A stretch of DNA of 53,649 nt from a virus (IMGVR_UViG_3300013094_000065:1-53649), one strand, 5' to 3'. Counted from the first letter of the stretch, positions 18,025-28,902 are shown. Numbers and translations are program-made. Notes: a model not told the origin generated them from the sequence alone.

Positions 18025-21000
18025 TTAAAACTCCACTTTCAAATCGTCTATATCTTTACGTATACCGGTAAATGACCAGTAGAATTTATATTCTTTTCTA
18101 TCAAAAAATCCCTGTTTACATCTGACGGTAAACTCGTCCTTGTCTACATTTATATTTTCAACCCAAAGTACTTTACTGTGTTGTATATTAGTTATCTGAA
18201 CTTGCACACCTTGTTGTTTACATAATCCATGAATATAATCTGGTAATTTTACAACACACTTGCCATTGGTTAAGATGTCTTCACCAGTTAATCTTATTCC
18301 ATGATATGGTGATTCTAAACTGCCATAGCATAATTGCATTCCTTCTTTAGTTGGATGATCAATTACAAAAGATTTAGTTGTGGCTGCAAAACTACCATTG
18401 ACTTGAAGTGTATATGTTGTATTAGTGGATGTGCCGATACCAACCTGACCGGTCGAATTAATATCCAATGCTCTTGTAGCTCCACCGGTTCCAACGAACC
18501 AGGTATGAGACAATGCGTAGTTTGACCAAGAAATATATTGAGCTGTACTTCTATTATACGAATTAAAGTATGGACCACTACCAACTGCTGAACCTGACGT
18601 AAAGAATTCAATACCGGCTGCTCCACCAGCACTAACCACTAACGGTCCTTGAGGATTTGTAGAGCCAATACCAACATACCCGGCGGATGTAATGCGCACT
18701 GATTCTGAACGAGTTGCTATATTTCTAAATTGAATATTTCCACCAGAACCGCCAATGTTGTCTATGAATAAATTACCGCTACCGCCATAAAAGATTTCGT
18801 ATCCATCAGACCCCGTAAAAGACAACCCTAAATTTGCCCGGGTGGTGTTGACAATTTGAATTCCGCTGCCAGTCCCAAAAGTAGGTGTAGTTGTACCAAT
18901 ACCAACATTACCGTTAGTTAGGATAACTACGGAATTATTACTTGAATTAGTAACAAATCCTATAGGAGCATAAAGTGATGTGGCTCTGTTATAAGATAAA
19001 AAATCTACGCCATTAATTCCTGTATAATTGCCAGCTGGAGCAATTTCCAATCCCACAGCTCCGCTGTTTGAAACTACTAATTTATTCTGTGGATTTGTAG
19101 TACCAATGCCAACAACATCTGTACTTGGGTTAATAATAAAACTACTTGTGGTATACAAAGATTGTGCGGTTGGGATTGCGTTGTTTGCGCTGACAAATGT
19201 TGGATAATAACTTGCGTTGGTGGCAGTAGACTGTGTCTTGACTTGAGAAACCCCACCAGAAAATGCCCCAACAAATGTTGTAGCGGTAACAATAGTACTG
19301 AAATATCCCCCACCTTCTACACTTAGCTTTGCGCCCTGCTGTGGGGAGGTCCAGTTGGCACTGATCTGTAGGTTCCCATTAATATCCAGATTTATTACAG
19401 TCCCACCACTTATTTGTGTCTGTAATCCGCCTAATGTATTAGTTACGTCGATATAACTGGTACCGCCAGATGTACCAAAACTCATACGATTTGCACTACC
19501 GGATTGTCTTGAATAAATCGGGCCATTCACATCTAATATGTTACCGCCGCCATATACATCAGTATCAGCAGGAGCACTTGTACCTATACCAAATTTGTTA
19601 CCGGTTGGAATATAAACTAATCCGCTGGGACCGTTGGCTTCTAATGTAGCCAATCCAGTTGAAGTATTGGCAAATACCATGTACTGCGGCACTGAACTAC
19701 TTGATAATTGTGTTAAATTAACTGCCGAAACTGTAACAGTAGACCATGTTGGTGGTGAGCTGGATCCTTGACTTTGTAAATATTGCCCGGAGATTCCATA
19801 ACTTGAAGTTGACCCAACTCCCAAAGAACCCGAAAAGTTGAGAGTATTAGTTATTGTTGTAATACCGCCAACATACAATCCACCTCCAATCCCAACCCCA
19901 CCTACTACTTGTAAAGCACCTGTAGTTGTACTTGTGCTTGATAGCGCACTGTTAACAAATAATTGCCCACTTGCAGTAGTAATATTAGTTATTATTAAAT
20001 TAGGAGTACTTAGTTGGCTAACTGACAGCGTGTAAGTTAGCGAGCTTGTGGCGGTAGTTATACCGCTATTATATTGGAATAACAGTTGGCCTGCTGAAAA
20101 TCCGCTAATATTTGATGCAGTAGTTGCAGTTCCTGTTAAATTACCAATAAAAGTTGTAGCAGTAACATCTCCGTTGATATAAGCACCACCATTAATACTC
20201 AACAATGCGCCTTGCTGTTGATTATAGCTGGTAGACGTTGGCGACATTGTTATGCCACCTATGGCATTTATATTAAATGCCGCACCACTATATTCAACCA
20301 ACCCGCCGCTGTTGTTGTCTTTAATATATTGACCGTTAGCAAAGTTAATAGGAGTTGTTTGGGCAAGGCTAACGGTTCCAACAACACTTAATGTTCCTGT
20401 TACAGTGAATATAGACCCATTCCATGTTAAATTATTACTGCCGCTTAACAATCCACCTGTGCCAGCATAAGTAACTTGATTAGTAGTTAATCCTGTGTCA
20501 GTAATATTGGCTGCTTTTAATCCAGTTGCCGCACTGCCGCCAACTACCCAGTTTGTTGTACCATCAAACAAGAAACTTGCATATGGCGTAGAAGTTGTGC
20601 CAATTTCAATACCGCTACTTGCAGCCAGTAATGCAGTAGTACTTGCTGTTGCTAATGCTAAAACTTTATCGCCAGTTAAAATAGCAGTACTGTTGACATA
20701 TGTTTGTGTTCCGTCAACATATAAATCACCAGTTAAGTATAAACTATTTGTAGCCGCATCGAAGGTAAATCCTGTACTAGCAAATGCAGTTTGGTTAGAC
20801 CCTTCTGCCGCAACCATAACAGGATATAATGTGTTTGATGTAGTATTAGTAGCATTAATAATGTTGCTTGGACCAGCACTGCCTGAATATCCAATACTTC
20901 CAGTATACCCCATAGACCCAGCATAGCCTTGAGATCCCGAATAGCCCTGTGATCCGGCATATCCAATACTACCAGCATAACCAATGCTTCCGGTATATCC

Positions 21001-22923
21001 TGACGATCCAGCATATCCAATACTACCAGTGTAGCCTATCGTGCCTTGCGATCCGGTATATCCTGACGATCCGGCATATCCGATACTACCTGCATATCCG
21101 ATACTACCTGCATATCCAATACTACCAGCATATCCAATGCTACCGGTATATCCCTGTATGCCCTGTGAGCCGGTATAACCCACACTTCCCCAGTAACCAG
21201 CACTGCCACTATATCCCTGTATGCCTTGCGATCCAGTATAACCCACACTTCCCCAGTAACCAGCACTGCCACTATATCCCTGTATGCCTTGTGAGCCGGT
21301 ATAACCCACACTTCCCCAGTAACCAGCACTGCCATTATACCCGGCTGATCCACTATATCCCTGTATGCCTTGTGAGCCGGTATAACCCACACTTCCCCAG
21401 TAACCAGCACTGCCGGAATATCCAATACTACCGGTATAACCCACACTTCCCCAGTAACCAGCACTGCCATTATACCCAGCTGATCCGGTGTAGCCTTGTA
21501 TGCCCTGTGATCCAGTATAACCCACACTTCCCCAATAACCAGCACTGCCATTATACCCAGCTGATCCACTATATCCCTGTATGCCTTGCGATCCAGTATA
21601 ACCCACACTTCCCCAGTAACCAGCACTGCCGGTATATCCTACACTGCCATCATATCCGGCAGTACCTCGACTACCAGTATATCCTTGACTACCGGTATAT
21701 CCTACACTACCACTATATCCATATCCAACAGTAATTCCATTGATAGTAATCGGTCCAGATACATTTAATGCTCCGCCAATACCAACACCGCCGCTAACAA
21801 CCAACGCACCAGTAGTGGTCGAAATTGATGTTGTTGTATTAGTAATTGTAAAGATATCTGGTGTGGTTATTAGTGTTGTTGTAATTGTGGTATACTGTAT
21901 GTCTAATTCTTGAGCAATAATTTTACCACCGACATATAAACTTCCACCAATACCAACCCCACCAGTTACTTGTAACGCACCTGTATTTGTGGCAGAGGCA
22001 TTTGTATTATTGGTAATTGTTACTACGTTATTGGTTGTAGAACCTCGACTGGTAATACTTTGTAATGTGCTTGTATTCCATATTGTAACAGCGCCAGTTG
22101 AAGTATTAATTGCAGTATCTGTGCCAGCGGTAATACTAGTAACATATCCAGTACCAGTGCCAGTTCCGGTTAGTACAGTGTTGCCATTGCTATAAATTGT
22201 ACCAGCGTAAATTGCTCCTTGTATGCCAACTCCACCAGTTACAGTTAATGCCCCAGATGTTGTACTAGTGCTTGCTGTACTATTAGTAATATTAATAGAA
22301 TTTGTAGTTGTAAATCCTCGATCAGTTACCAGTTGCAATGTATCAGTATTGCTAATTGAAATAGTACCTGTACTTGTACTTACGCTTATACCGGTACTAC
22401 CTGTAGTTAGTGTCCGTACACCCAAATTGTTAATAGTAAATGATGTAGCAGTACCTGTGCTTATTACGCTAGATACACCAATATATGTACTTCCAGCGGG
22501 AGTGACACTGGTAACAACTCTGTTGTTATTATCATATAATGAATTGGCATAGATGGGATTTGTAGTACTATTGCCTCTATTTGTAATAGTTTGTAGTGTG
22601 CTTGTATTCCAAACTACAACAGGTCCAGTAGATGTGCTAACCGCAGTATCAGTGCCAGCAGTTAAACTTGTGACACCATAGGCGCCAATTGTTGCAGTTG
22701 TAAGGGCCCGAGCATTATTATCATATACTGCGGATGCGTATAAATTTCCACCAACACCAACTCCTCCAGAAATTATTGCCGCGCCTGTTGTGGTAGATGT
22801 ACTTGTTGCCGTTGATGTGGCATTAAATGTTGTGACCGTGGTAGCTTGTGCTACTACGTTTCGATTGCCATCCACGAATAGTGTGCCAGCAATCGATACC
22901 CCGTCTTTGACCTTAAACGTCAT
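18025..22923 (-). CDS. Long tail fibre protein with collagen-like G-X-Y segment
   Basis: TTGALxVxGGVGIG repeats, about 90 G-X-Y triplets, GNVGIGTTxP repeats, C-terminal KSFVIDHP...LESP module. Confidence 0.8.
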   Translation of the reverse strand: MTFKVKDGVSIAGTLFVDGNRNVVAQATTVTTFNATSTATSTSTTTGAAIISGGVGVGGNLYASAVYDNNARALTTATIGAYGVTSLTAGTDTAVSTSTGPVVVWNTSTLQTITNRGNSTTNPIYANSLYDNNNRVVTSVTPAGSTYIGVSSVISTGTATSFTINNLGVRTLTTGSTGISVSTSTGTISISNTDTLQLVTDRGFTTTNSINITNSTASTSTTSGALTVTGGVGIQGAIYAGTIYSNGNTVLTGTGTGTGYVTSITAGTDTAINTSTGAVTIWNTSTLQSITSRGSTTNNVVTITNNTNASATNTGALQVTGGVGIGGSLYVGGKIIAQELDIQYTTITTTLITTPDIFTITNTTTSISTTTGALVVSGGVGIGGALNVSGPITINGITVGYGYSGSVGYTGSQGYTGSRGTAGYDGSVGYTGSAGYWGSVGYTGSQGIQGYSGSAGYNGSAGYWGSVGYTGSQGIQGYTGSAGYNGSAGYWGSVGYTGSIGYSGSAGYWGSVGYTGSQGIQGYSGSAGYNGSAGYWGSVGYTGSQGIQGYSGSAGYWGSVGYTGSQGIQGYSGSAGYWGSVGYTGSQGIQGYTGSIGYAGSIGYAGSIGYAGSIGYAGSSGYTGSQGTIGYTGSIGYAGSSGYTGSIGYAGSIGYAGSQGYSGSQGYAGSMGYTGSIGYSGSAGPSNIINATNTTSNTLYPVMVAAEGSNQTAFASTGFTFDAATNSLYLTGDLYVDGTQTYVNSTAILTGDKVLALATASTTALLAASSGIEIGTTSTPYASFLFDGTTNWVVGGSAATGLKAANITDTGLTTNQVTYAGTGGLLSGSNNLTWNGSIFTVTGTLSVVGTVSLAQTTPINFANGQYIKDNNSGGLVEYSGAAFNINAIGGITMSPTSTSYNQQQGALLSINGGAYINGDVTATTFIGNLTGTATTASNISGFSAGQLLFQYNSGITTATSSLTYTLSVSQLSTPNLIITNITTASGQLFVNSALSSTSTTTGALQVVGGVGIGGGLYVGGITTITNTLNFSGSLGVGSTSSYGISGQYLQSQGSSSPPTWSTVTVSAVNLTQLSSSSVPQYMVFANTSTGLATLEANGPSGLVYIPTGNKFGIGTSAPADTDVYGGGNILDVNGPIYSRQSGSANRMSFGTSGGTSYIDVTNTLGGLQTQISGGTVINLDINGNLQISANWTSPQQGAKLSVEGGGYFSTIVTATTFVGAFSGGVSQVKTQSTATNASYYPTFVSANNAIPTAQSLYTTSSFIINPSTDVVGIGTTNPQNKLVVSNSGAVGLEIAPAGNYTGINGVDFLSYNRATSLYAPIGFVTNSSNNSVVILTNGNVGIGTTTPTFGTGSGIQIVNTTRANLGLSFTGSDGYEIFYGGSGNLFIDNIGGSGGNIQFRNIATRSESVRITSAGYVGIGSTNPQGPLVVSAGGAAGIEFFTSGSAVGSGPYFNSYNRSTAQYISWSNYALSHTWFVGTGGATRALDINSTGQVGIGTSTNTTYTLQVNGSFAATTKSFVIDHPTKEGMQLCYGSLESPYHGIRLTGEDILTNGKCVVKLPDYIHGLCKQQGVQVQITNIQHSKVLWVENINVDKDEFTVRCKQGFFDRKEYKFYWSFTGIRKDIDDLKVEF
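20868..21722 (-). repeat. Collagen-like coding tandem repeats (GYTGSQGIQGYSGSAGYWGSV units)
   Basis: Recurrent DNA such as ACCCACACTTCCCCAGTAACCAGCACTGCC; uninterrupted Gly every third residue. Confidence 0.9.
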
Positions 22924-22973
22924 GTCCTCGTCCCTTTATTAATCAGAGGAAATGATTAACTAGTAATCAATTC

Positions 22974-25160
22974 TTAAATCATTCTTCTAAAACTGAATGT
23001 GTACGTACTTGATCCAGTATTTGTAGTATCGCCCGCGATTTGTAAAGCCATATATCCACCATTTGTCCGTAAAACTTGTAAGAAAATTGCTCCAGCACCA
23101 CTGGCTGCTCCAGCTCTATGTAACGTAATTTCATCATAAGATGATTCGCTATCCACAGCACTATACCAACTCATCACTCCAGTATAGTAAGTATTTACCT
23201 CCCCGCCCCCTTGTGCGCTGTCGTTGGCCAAGCATTGAACCATATAGCTTCCTGTGGGCAAATTACCGTCATAAACACCGGTATTTTGCCAGGATGTGTT
23301 TAGAGTTAAACTTGTGCTTGTGGTATAGATCTGGTCAATATTTGTACCAGAAGTCATTACTAGCCCAGTATGTTGTACTGTACCAGTTGAAACAAAATTT
23401 CCGCCAATGTTTAGATTCTGTCCAATACCAACGCCACCAGTCACAGTCAATGCGCCTGTGGTTGTATTTGTCGAAGTAGTGGCATTTGTTATGGATATAG
23501 CATTGTTTGTTGTGGCACCACGGCTGCTTACACTCTGTAACGTACTTGTACTGTAAACAATAACGCTTCCAGTACTTGTGGTTACTACAGTGTCAGTACC
23601 AGCGGTTAGCGTTTGTACCCCTAAATTGTTAATAGTAAATGATGTAGCAGTACCTGTGCTTATTACACTAGATACCCCAATATATGTACTTCCGGCGGGA
23701 GTGACACTGGTGACAACTCTGTTGTTATTGTCGTACAATCCGCCGGCATAGATAGGATATGTTGTAATATTATTTCTTCCAACAATACTTTGTAGTGTAG
23801 CAGTACTGTATACTATTACGTTACCGGTACTTGTAGTTACAGCAGTATCTGTTCCAGCAGTAATACTACTTACATAACCAGATCCAGCACCACCGCTTGT
23901 CAGTACTTGATTGCCGTTACTATATATTGTACCAGCATATACAGTACCACCAATGCCCACACCACCGGTAACAATTAACGCACCAGACTGGGTGCTAAAA
24001 CTTGTTGAGGTGTTTATAATATCAATTATATTGGTTGTGGTACTTCCTCGATTCGTTACACTTTGAAATGTACTAATATCACTAACCGTCACAGCACCAG
24101 TATTTGTATTAACACTAATATCTGTGCCAGCTGTGATACTTGTAACATACCCTGTACTGGTGCCGCTACCAGTTAATACTGCGTTTCCATTACTATAAAT
24201 CATGCCGGCATAAATTGACCCTGTAACACCTACTCCGCCTGTGACCTGCAAGGCACCGGTTACTTGACTGGTCGCAGAAGACCCACTTTGAACAGCAATA
24301 TTTTGTGTAACCAGTAAAGATCCTGTGCTACCCGAGAATGAATATCTAAAATATAAATCATCGTAGGCAGTCTGTCCACTTGATTGTTGGAATGGAATAG
24401 CGCCCGGGCCCCCACCACTAAAGTTAGTGGCCGTACTAACAGTGACTCCGGCCAATGATGCCCAATACACTGTACCGGTGCCAACCGCTAAAACTTGCCC
24501 TTCTACACCAAGTGGTAGCATTCCGGTTTGGTTGATGTTGGTTTGATACGGTAAACTGGCAACTGCGCCGCCTAATAAATTGCCCGAGTAAGTTGCAGTT
24601 GTAGCAGTGGTAATGGACCCCTGAATCTGTCCTGTACTGGCATTCCAGGTAGCAGTAGTTGCCTGAAGGGTATTGGAAGCATCAACAAAAACTAATCCAT
24701 TCGTTGTTGTGGTCATGCCTTTGACAACAACAGTTTTGGTGTAAATGCTAGACCAAGCGTTATTACTAGAACCTAGTCCATAAAAATTATTTGCGGTGGG
24801 ATAGATGCCACCGTTAGAGATCCAGTTTGAATACCCATCAAAGGTTAAACTTATCCAGGTTTGTGTATTTGTAGTATTATTTGGATCAGTGCCAACTACG
24901 ATTCCTGATCCTATAGCTTGTAAAGCCGATAAATTTGAAAGAGTACTTAGATATATTACTTTAGTACCAATATCAACACTGGTACTTTCTATAGACGTCA
25001 CCGTGCCGTTGACCTGTAGGGCCCCGCCAACAGTCAAATTTCCACCTATATTTGTGCCGCCTAATACCGTTAAAGCATTGGAACTAGTGCTCAATATTGA
25101 CGCGGTATTACTGACTATAAGGCCATTTTTGACCTTGAAATTATTTTCGATAGTTGCCAT
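22974..25160 (-). CDS. Tail fibre-like structural protein
   Basis: NFKVKNGL N-terminus, GALxVTGGVG and TAGTD repeats, Ser/Thr rich. Confidence 0.7.
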   Translation of the reverse strand: MATIENNFKVKNGLIVSNTASILSTSSNALTVLGGTNIGGNLTVGGALQVNGTVTSIESTSVDIGTKVIYLSTLSNLSALQAIGSGIVVGTDPNNTTNTQTWISLTFDGYSNWISNGGIYPTANNFYGLGSSNNAWSSIYTKTVVVKGMTTTTNGLVFVDASNTLQATTATWNASTGQIQGSITTATTATYSGNLLGGAVASLPYQTNINQTGMLPLGVEGQVLAVGTGTVYWASLAGVTVSTATNFSGGGPGAIPFQQSSGQTAYDDLYFRYSFSGSTGSLLVTQNIAVQSGSSATSQVTGALQVTGGVGVTGSIYAGMIYSNGNAVLTGSGTSTGYVTSITAGTDISVNTNTGAVTVSDISTFQSVTNRGSTTTNIIDIINTSTSFSTQSGALIVTGGVGIGGTVYAGTIYSNGNQVLTSGGAGSGYVSSITAGTDTAVTTSTGNVIVYSTATLQSIVGRNNITTYPIYAGGLYDNNNRVVTSVTPAGSTYIGVSSVISTGTATSFTINNLGVQTLTAGTDTVVTTSTGSVIVYSTSTLQSVSSRGATTNNAISITNATTSTNTTTGALTVTGGVGIGQNLNIGGNFVSTGTVQHTGLVMTSGTNIDQIYTTSTSLTLNTSWQNTGVYDGNLPTGSYMVQCLANDSAQGGGEVNTYYTGVMSWYSAVDSESSYDEITLHRAGAASGAGAIFLQVLRTNGGYMALQIAGDTTNTGSSTYTFSFRRMI

Positions 25161-25195
25161 TAGTTTCCCTTTCCACGTAACGGCTGGTTACGCTA

Positions 25196-25202
25196 TATTT
25201 AG
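25196..25202 (-). promoter_or_regulatory. Late promoter-like CTAAATA
   Basis: TATTTAG 36 nt upstream of the ATG at 25160. Confidence 0.55.
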
Positions 25203-25221
25203 TGTAAAAAGAAAAATGTGA

Positions 25222-28035
25222 TCATGCTGTTATGCCAAATCTCACAACTTTAATAGTCATTGAAGTTGCGCCAGTGGGAGTGAAGTTTAATATAACTTGT
25301 CCGCTGGCTAAATTAGCGCCGAACCCGCCGAGCTCTCCTAGATTTGTGCTGGTACCGTATTCATTTATATAAACACTGACCCCATCGTGGAAAACCGTCA
25401 TTTCTGTTATATGACAACTGGTGGTTGATACATTGACCTGGTCTACAATCTGTACTGTGTACCGTGCTGTTCTATATGTGGTAGCATTATAGCTGTCTAA
25501 GGTAACCGGGCTTGATCCAGTTATGAGATTACTGGTGTAACTTGCCACAACGGTATTATTGCTATATAAAGCAGGGACTACATTTCCAGCACTGGACAAA
25601 GTTGTACCAACAGTAATTGGACCACCAGAATAAATGCTTTTTGCTGCCGCAATACCTCCTCTACTTATAATACTACCAGTATCTGTAGACGTAGCATCTT
25701 GTGTACTAGTGGTGAATATATTACCTAGTGTGGCCGTATTTGTTACAGATAGAGCATCATTAGATTGTATGTAATTACCAACTACATAATTACTGGTAAC
25801 AGTATTTGTAACAGTTAAATTCGCAATAGTTACTGTTCCAGTAAAATTACCATTTAGAGCATATATCAAAGATCCAACGGTTAATAGGTTGGTGACAGTT
25901 AGATTATTTGCGGTCGCATTAGTAAATCCAATAGACCCAATTGAAGATAGACCAGTAACTGTTAAATTTGTAACCGTTACGTTGGTGGCAGTGACATTAC
26001 CTAATGTGGTCTCCCCTGTAACTTCTAATGTACTAGATTGTATATCATTGGATGTTAACGTATTTTGAACTGTTAGATTTGTAAATGTGCCTATAACAGA
26101 AAATATATCTGTGGCTGTGACATTATTGGCATAAATTGTGCCTGTGGAAATTACATCTCTAAATGAACCAGTAGTACTAGTAATTGTGTCAACACCAACA
26201 CCCTGTATATAAATTGTTCCATCAACATACAAGTTCCCGTTAATTGTGGCCGACGATGCTATGTTTAAATTTGGAGAAAATAATGTACTGGATGTATAGT
26301 ATAAGTTTCCTACATCAAATGTTGTGGATGATGAGGCACTTTGGAACGGAATTGTACCAGTTGCTCCACCATTTAAGTTATTGGCCTGCGAAATTGTTCC
26401 AACAATAATATTAGTTATTGTGCTATAATATGGTTGTGTATTTTGTAAAAATCCAGAAATATCAGAGTAAACTAAATTATTACCACCCAGATTTCTATCC
26501 TGTACATTTGCCCCGGTAACTGTACCGCCAGAATATACATCTTGATTTACATACACGCCGCCACCGGTTAATACCAGTGTGCCTAGTCCAGTAGATACTG
26601 CGTTAATCGAGCCATTTAATGTGACTACCCCACCAAAACTTGATGCCCCGACTACGGTTAATCCCCCAGTGTCTGTTCCGTTAATGTAAACTTGTTTACC
26701 AAAATATGCTCCACCCGCTACAGATAGTGCTCCAGATCCGTTAAAGGTACCATACGTTGATCCGAATATAGATAAGTTTTCAACATTTAATGTAGCAGTA
26801 GTGGTCCCAGAATTTGTGTAATAAAAATTAGAACCATCAAACGCAGTTACACCTGGCGATGACTGGAACGGAACCGCTCCAGTGGTGCCTGACAATAAGT
26901 TTGTAGAAGTTAGTGCGAATCCAACAGTGGAACCACTGGCACTTGCCCAGGTCAAGGTATTGGCCGAAATTGTTAATATTGTGCCATTGGTCCCAATTGG
27001 TAGAAATACTGTAGTTCCTGTACTATTTTGATAAGGTATACTGCCATACGCACCGTTGGCTAAATTAGTTGATGTGTTTGCGATATTGGAAAAAGTAGCT
27101 GTGGTAACAGTTCCATAAATTGTACCATACACAGTTAAATTATTCGTTATAGTGGTAGAACTATTCACAGTCAACGGGCCGTAGATAGTGGCAGTAGTTC
27201 CAACGGTTAGATCATGACCAATACCAATACCACCAAGGACTGTTAAATCTCCAGTATTTGTATTACCTAAACTGGTAGTGCCTGTTACTAATTGCAGCGA
27301 ACCAAATCGAGCACCACCATAAACAGTACCAGAGGATAGCAAACTATTAGTGCCAGTTGCGCCAGTAATATACCACTCGAGTAATTTACTGTTATCAGAT
27401 AGCACCAATGCCGCACTGGTATCTGTTCCATTATAATAATGAAATCGTAATCCAATATCCTTTCCATCATCTAAAGTCCACCCAACGCCAGGACCGCTAG
27501 GCGGTTCGTGTAATTCTAAAAGATTTTCTGTATAAAATGTATTGGTACTATAAACATAAGTAGCCGTTCCGCTAAATGTTACAGTATCTTTAAATAATGC
27601 AGGACCGCGTACTAATAAATTATTTTGTATTCCGACTCCGCCTGCTACATATAGTGCATTATTGGTTATTGTGGTAAGACTGGATAATGTGCTGTTAATA
27701 ATAACATTTTTAGCAAACGTACTAGTACCGCTAAAGTTTAAATCTCCTGTAAGACTGATGCCACCTGCTACAGATAACGCACCCTGTACAACTAAATCTT
27801 GCAATGTTGTGGTATTGGCAACATTAACAGTATTGTCAAATTGAGCAGGACCGATAACCAGTAAATTTCCAAGTATAGACGCGGTTGTTCCTACTATTAA
27901 GTTTTGCGCAATCGCTGCACCACCAACAACCTGTAAGGCTCCAGATTGATTAATAGAATCAGTAACAGGGTTTTGTCCTAAGACAACAACTCCATTTTTA
28001 ATGATAAAGTCTTGACTAGCTGATGTTATAGACAC
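25222..28035 (-). CDS. Tail fibre-like structural protein
   Basis: DFIIKNG N-terminus, beta-repeat shaft, C-terminal LDSY...YRTARYTVQI...EYG domain shared with the next gene. Confidence 0.7.
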   Translation of the reverse strand: MSITSASQDFIIKNGVVVLGQNPVTDSINQSGALQVVGGAAIAQNLIVGTTASILGNLLVIGPAQFDNTVNVANTTTLQDLVVQGALSVAGGISLTGDLNFSGTSTFAKNVIINSTLSSLTTITNNALYVAGGVGIQNNLLVRGPALFKDTVTFSGTATYVYSTNTFYTENLLELHEPPSGPGVGWTLDDGKDIGLRFHYYNGTDTSAALVLSDNSKLLEWYITGATGTNSLLSSGTVYGGARFGSLQLVTGTTSLGNTNTGDLTVLGGIGIGHDLTVGTTATIYGPLTVNSSTTITNNLTVYGTIYGTVTTATFSNIANTSTNLANGAYGSIPYQNSTGTTVFLPIGTNGTILTISANTLTWASASGSTVGFALTSTNLLSGTTGAVPFQSSPGVTAFDGSNFYYTNSGTTTATLNVENLSIFGSTYGTFNGSGALSVAGGAYFGKQVYINGTDTGGLTVVGASSFGGVVTLNGSINAVSTGLGTLVLTGGGVYVNQDVYSGGTVTGANVQDRNLGGNNLVYSDISGFLQNTQPYYSTITNIIVGTISQANNLNGGATGTIPFQSASSSTTFDVGNLYYTSSTLFSPNLNIASSATINGNLYVDGTIYIQGVGVDTITSTTGSFRDVISTGTIYANNVTATDIFSVIGTFTNLTVQNTLTSNDIQSSTLEVTGETTLGNVTATNVTVTNLTVTGLSSIGSIGFTNATANNLTVTNLLTVGSLIYALNGNFTGTVTIANLTVTNTVTSNYVVGNYIQSNDALSVTNTATLGNIFTTSTQDATSTDTGSIISRGGIAAAKSIYSGGPITVGTTLSSAGNVVPALYSNNTVVASYTSNLITGSSPVTLDSYNATTYRTARYTVQIVDQVNVSTTSCHITEMTVFHDGVSVYINEYGTSTNLGELGGFGANLASGQVILNFTPTGATSMTIKVVRFGITA

Positions 28036-28047
28036 AATATTTTTCCA

Positions 28048-28893
28048 TTAAGGTGTTAAACCAGTTCTAAGAACTACAACTGTTTTATAAGAAGTTTCAT
28101 ACATAGTTACATACAATTCCACAGTTGGTGGATTTGTTCCGGTATTGACCTGACTGCTAAAAACTCCCATTTCCCCCGCATTTGTAGTAATACCGTATTC
28201 ACTCACAGAAGTACCGTACCAGGTTGACCCAGTATTGGCAACAAGCATCAATAATTCGCTTACTTGGTATGAGCTGTTAGAATTATCATCTATTTGTATT
28301 AGATATTTTGAACTTCTGAATTGCGTTACAGGATAAGAATCAATTAATGTAGCAAGAGCAGTTGTGACTATCGTAGACGATGTATCAAATATCGCATGAG
28401 CAATCTGAATATGCTCAGAATATATGGTACCGCCAACATAAACGTCTTCGGCAATACCAACCCCGCCAGACACCACTATAGCTCCGGATACTGTGCTGAT
28501 TGAATTAGTGGTGTTGGCAAATGTTATTACATTGGTTGTAGTTGATCCGCGATCGCTTACTGTTTGAAAAGTCGACGTATCACTAATAACAATTTTTTGA
28601 GTTAAAGTGCTGTAAAGAATTGAAATATCGGTACCGGATGTCAATACTGTTGCCAGGGAAGAAGTAGTTAATACCCCACTACCATTAATAGTAATATTTC
28701 CGCCATTAATAATTACAGTTTGTGTACCTGTACCGATAATGAGCGTACCCCCGGTTATGGTTGTACTATTAATCGGTCCTTGATTGGTTCTATACCAAGC
28801 ATATCCGCTCCATGTATATGTTACCCCATTTAGAGTATAAGTTGCCCCTATATTTGTTCCGGGGGCATAGACTGGAAATCCTAATGATGACAT
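28048..28893 (-). CDS. Short fibre-like structural protein
   Basis: FP...YTLNGVTYTWSGYAW N-terminus; C-terminal IDSY...FRSSKYLIQI...SEYG domain. Confidence 0.65.
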   Translation of the reverse strand: MSSLGFPVYAPGTNIGATYTLNGVTYTWSGYAWYRTNQGPINSTTITGGTLIIGTGTQTVIINGGNITINGSGVLTTSSLATVLTSGTDISILYSTLTQKIVISDTSTFQTVSDRGSTTTNVITFANTTNSISTVSGAIVVSGGVGIAEDVYVGGTIYSEHIQIAHAIFDTSSTIVTTALATLIDSYPVTQFRSSKYLIQIDDNSNSSYQVSELLMLVANTGSTWYGTSVSEYGITTNAGEMGVFSSQVNTGTNPPTVELYVTMYETSYKTVVVLRTGLTP

Positions 28894-28902
28894 TTTATAT
28901 CC

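Noticed and set aside
20868-21722. Regularly recurring ~30-bp repeats resembling a CRISPR array
   Set aside because: The intervening sequences are themselves repeated, unit lengths are multiples of 9 nt, the region encodes G-X-Y in an open frame, and there are no cas genes
20733-21768. Alternative-frame and antisense ORFs (e.g. 20949-21734 +, 21036-21626 -)
   Set aside because: By-products of the repetitive collagen codons; no RBS or promoter support
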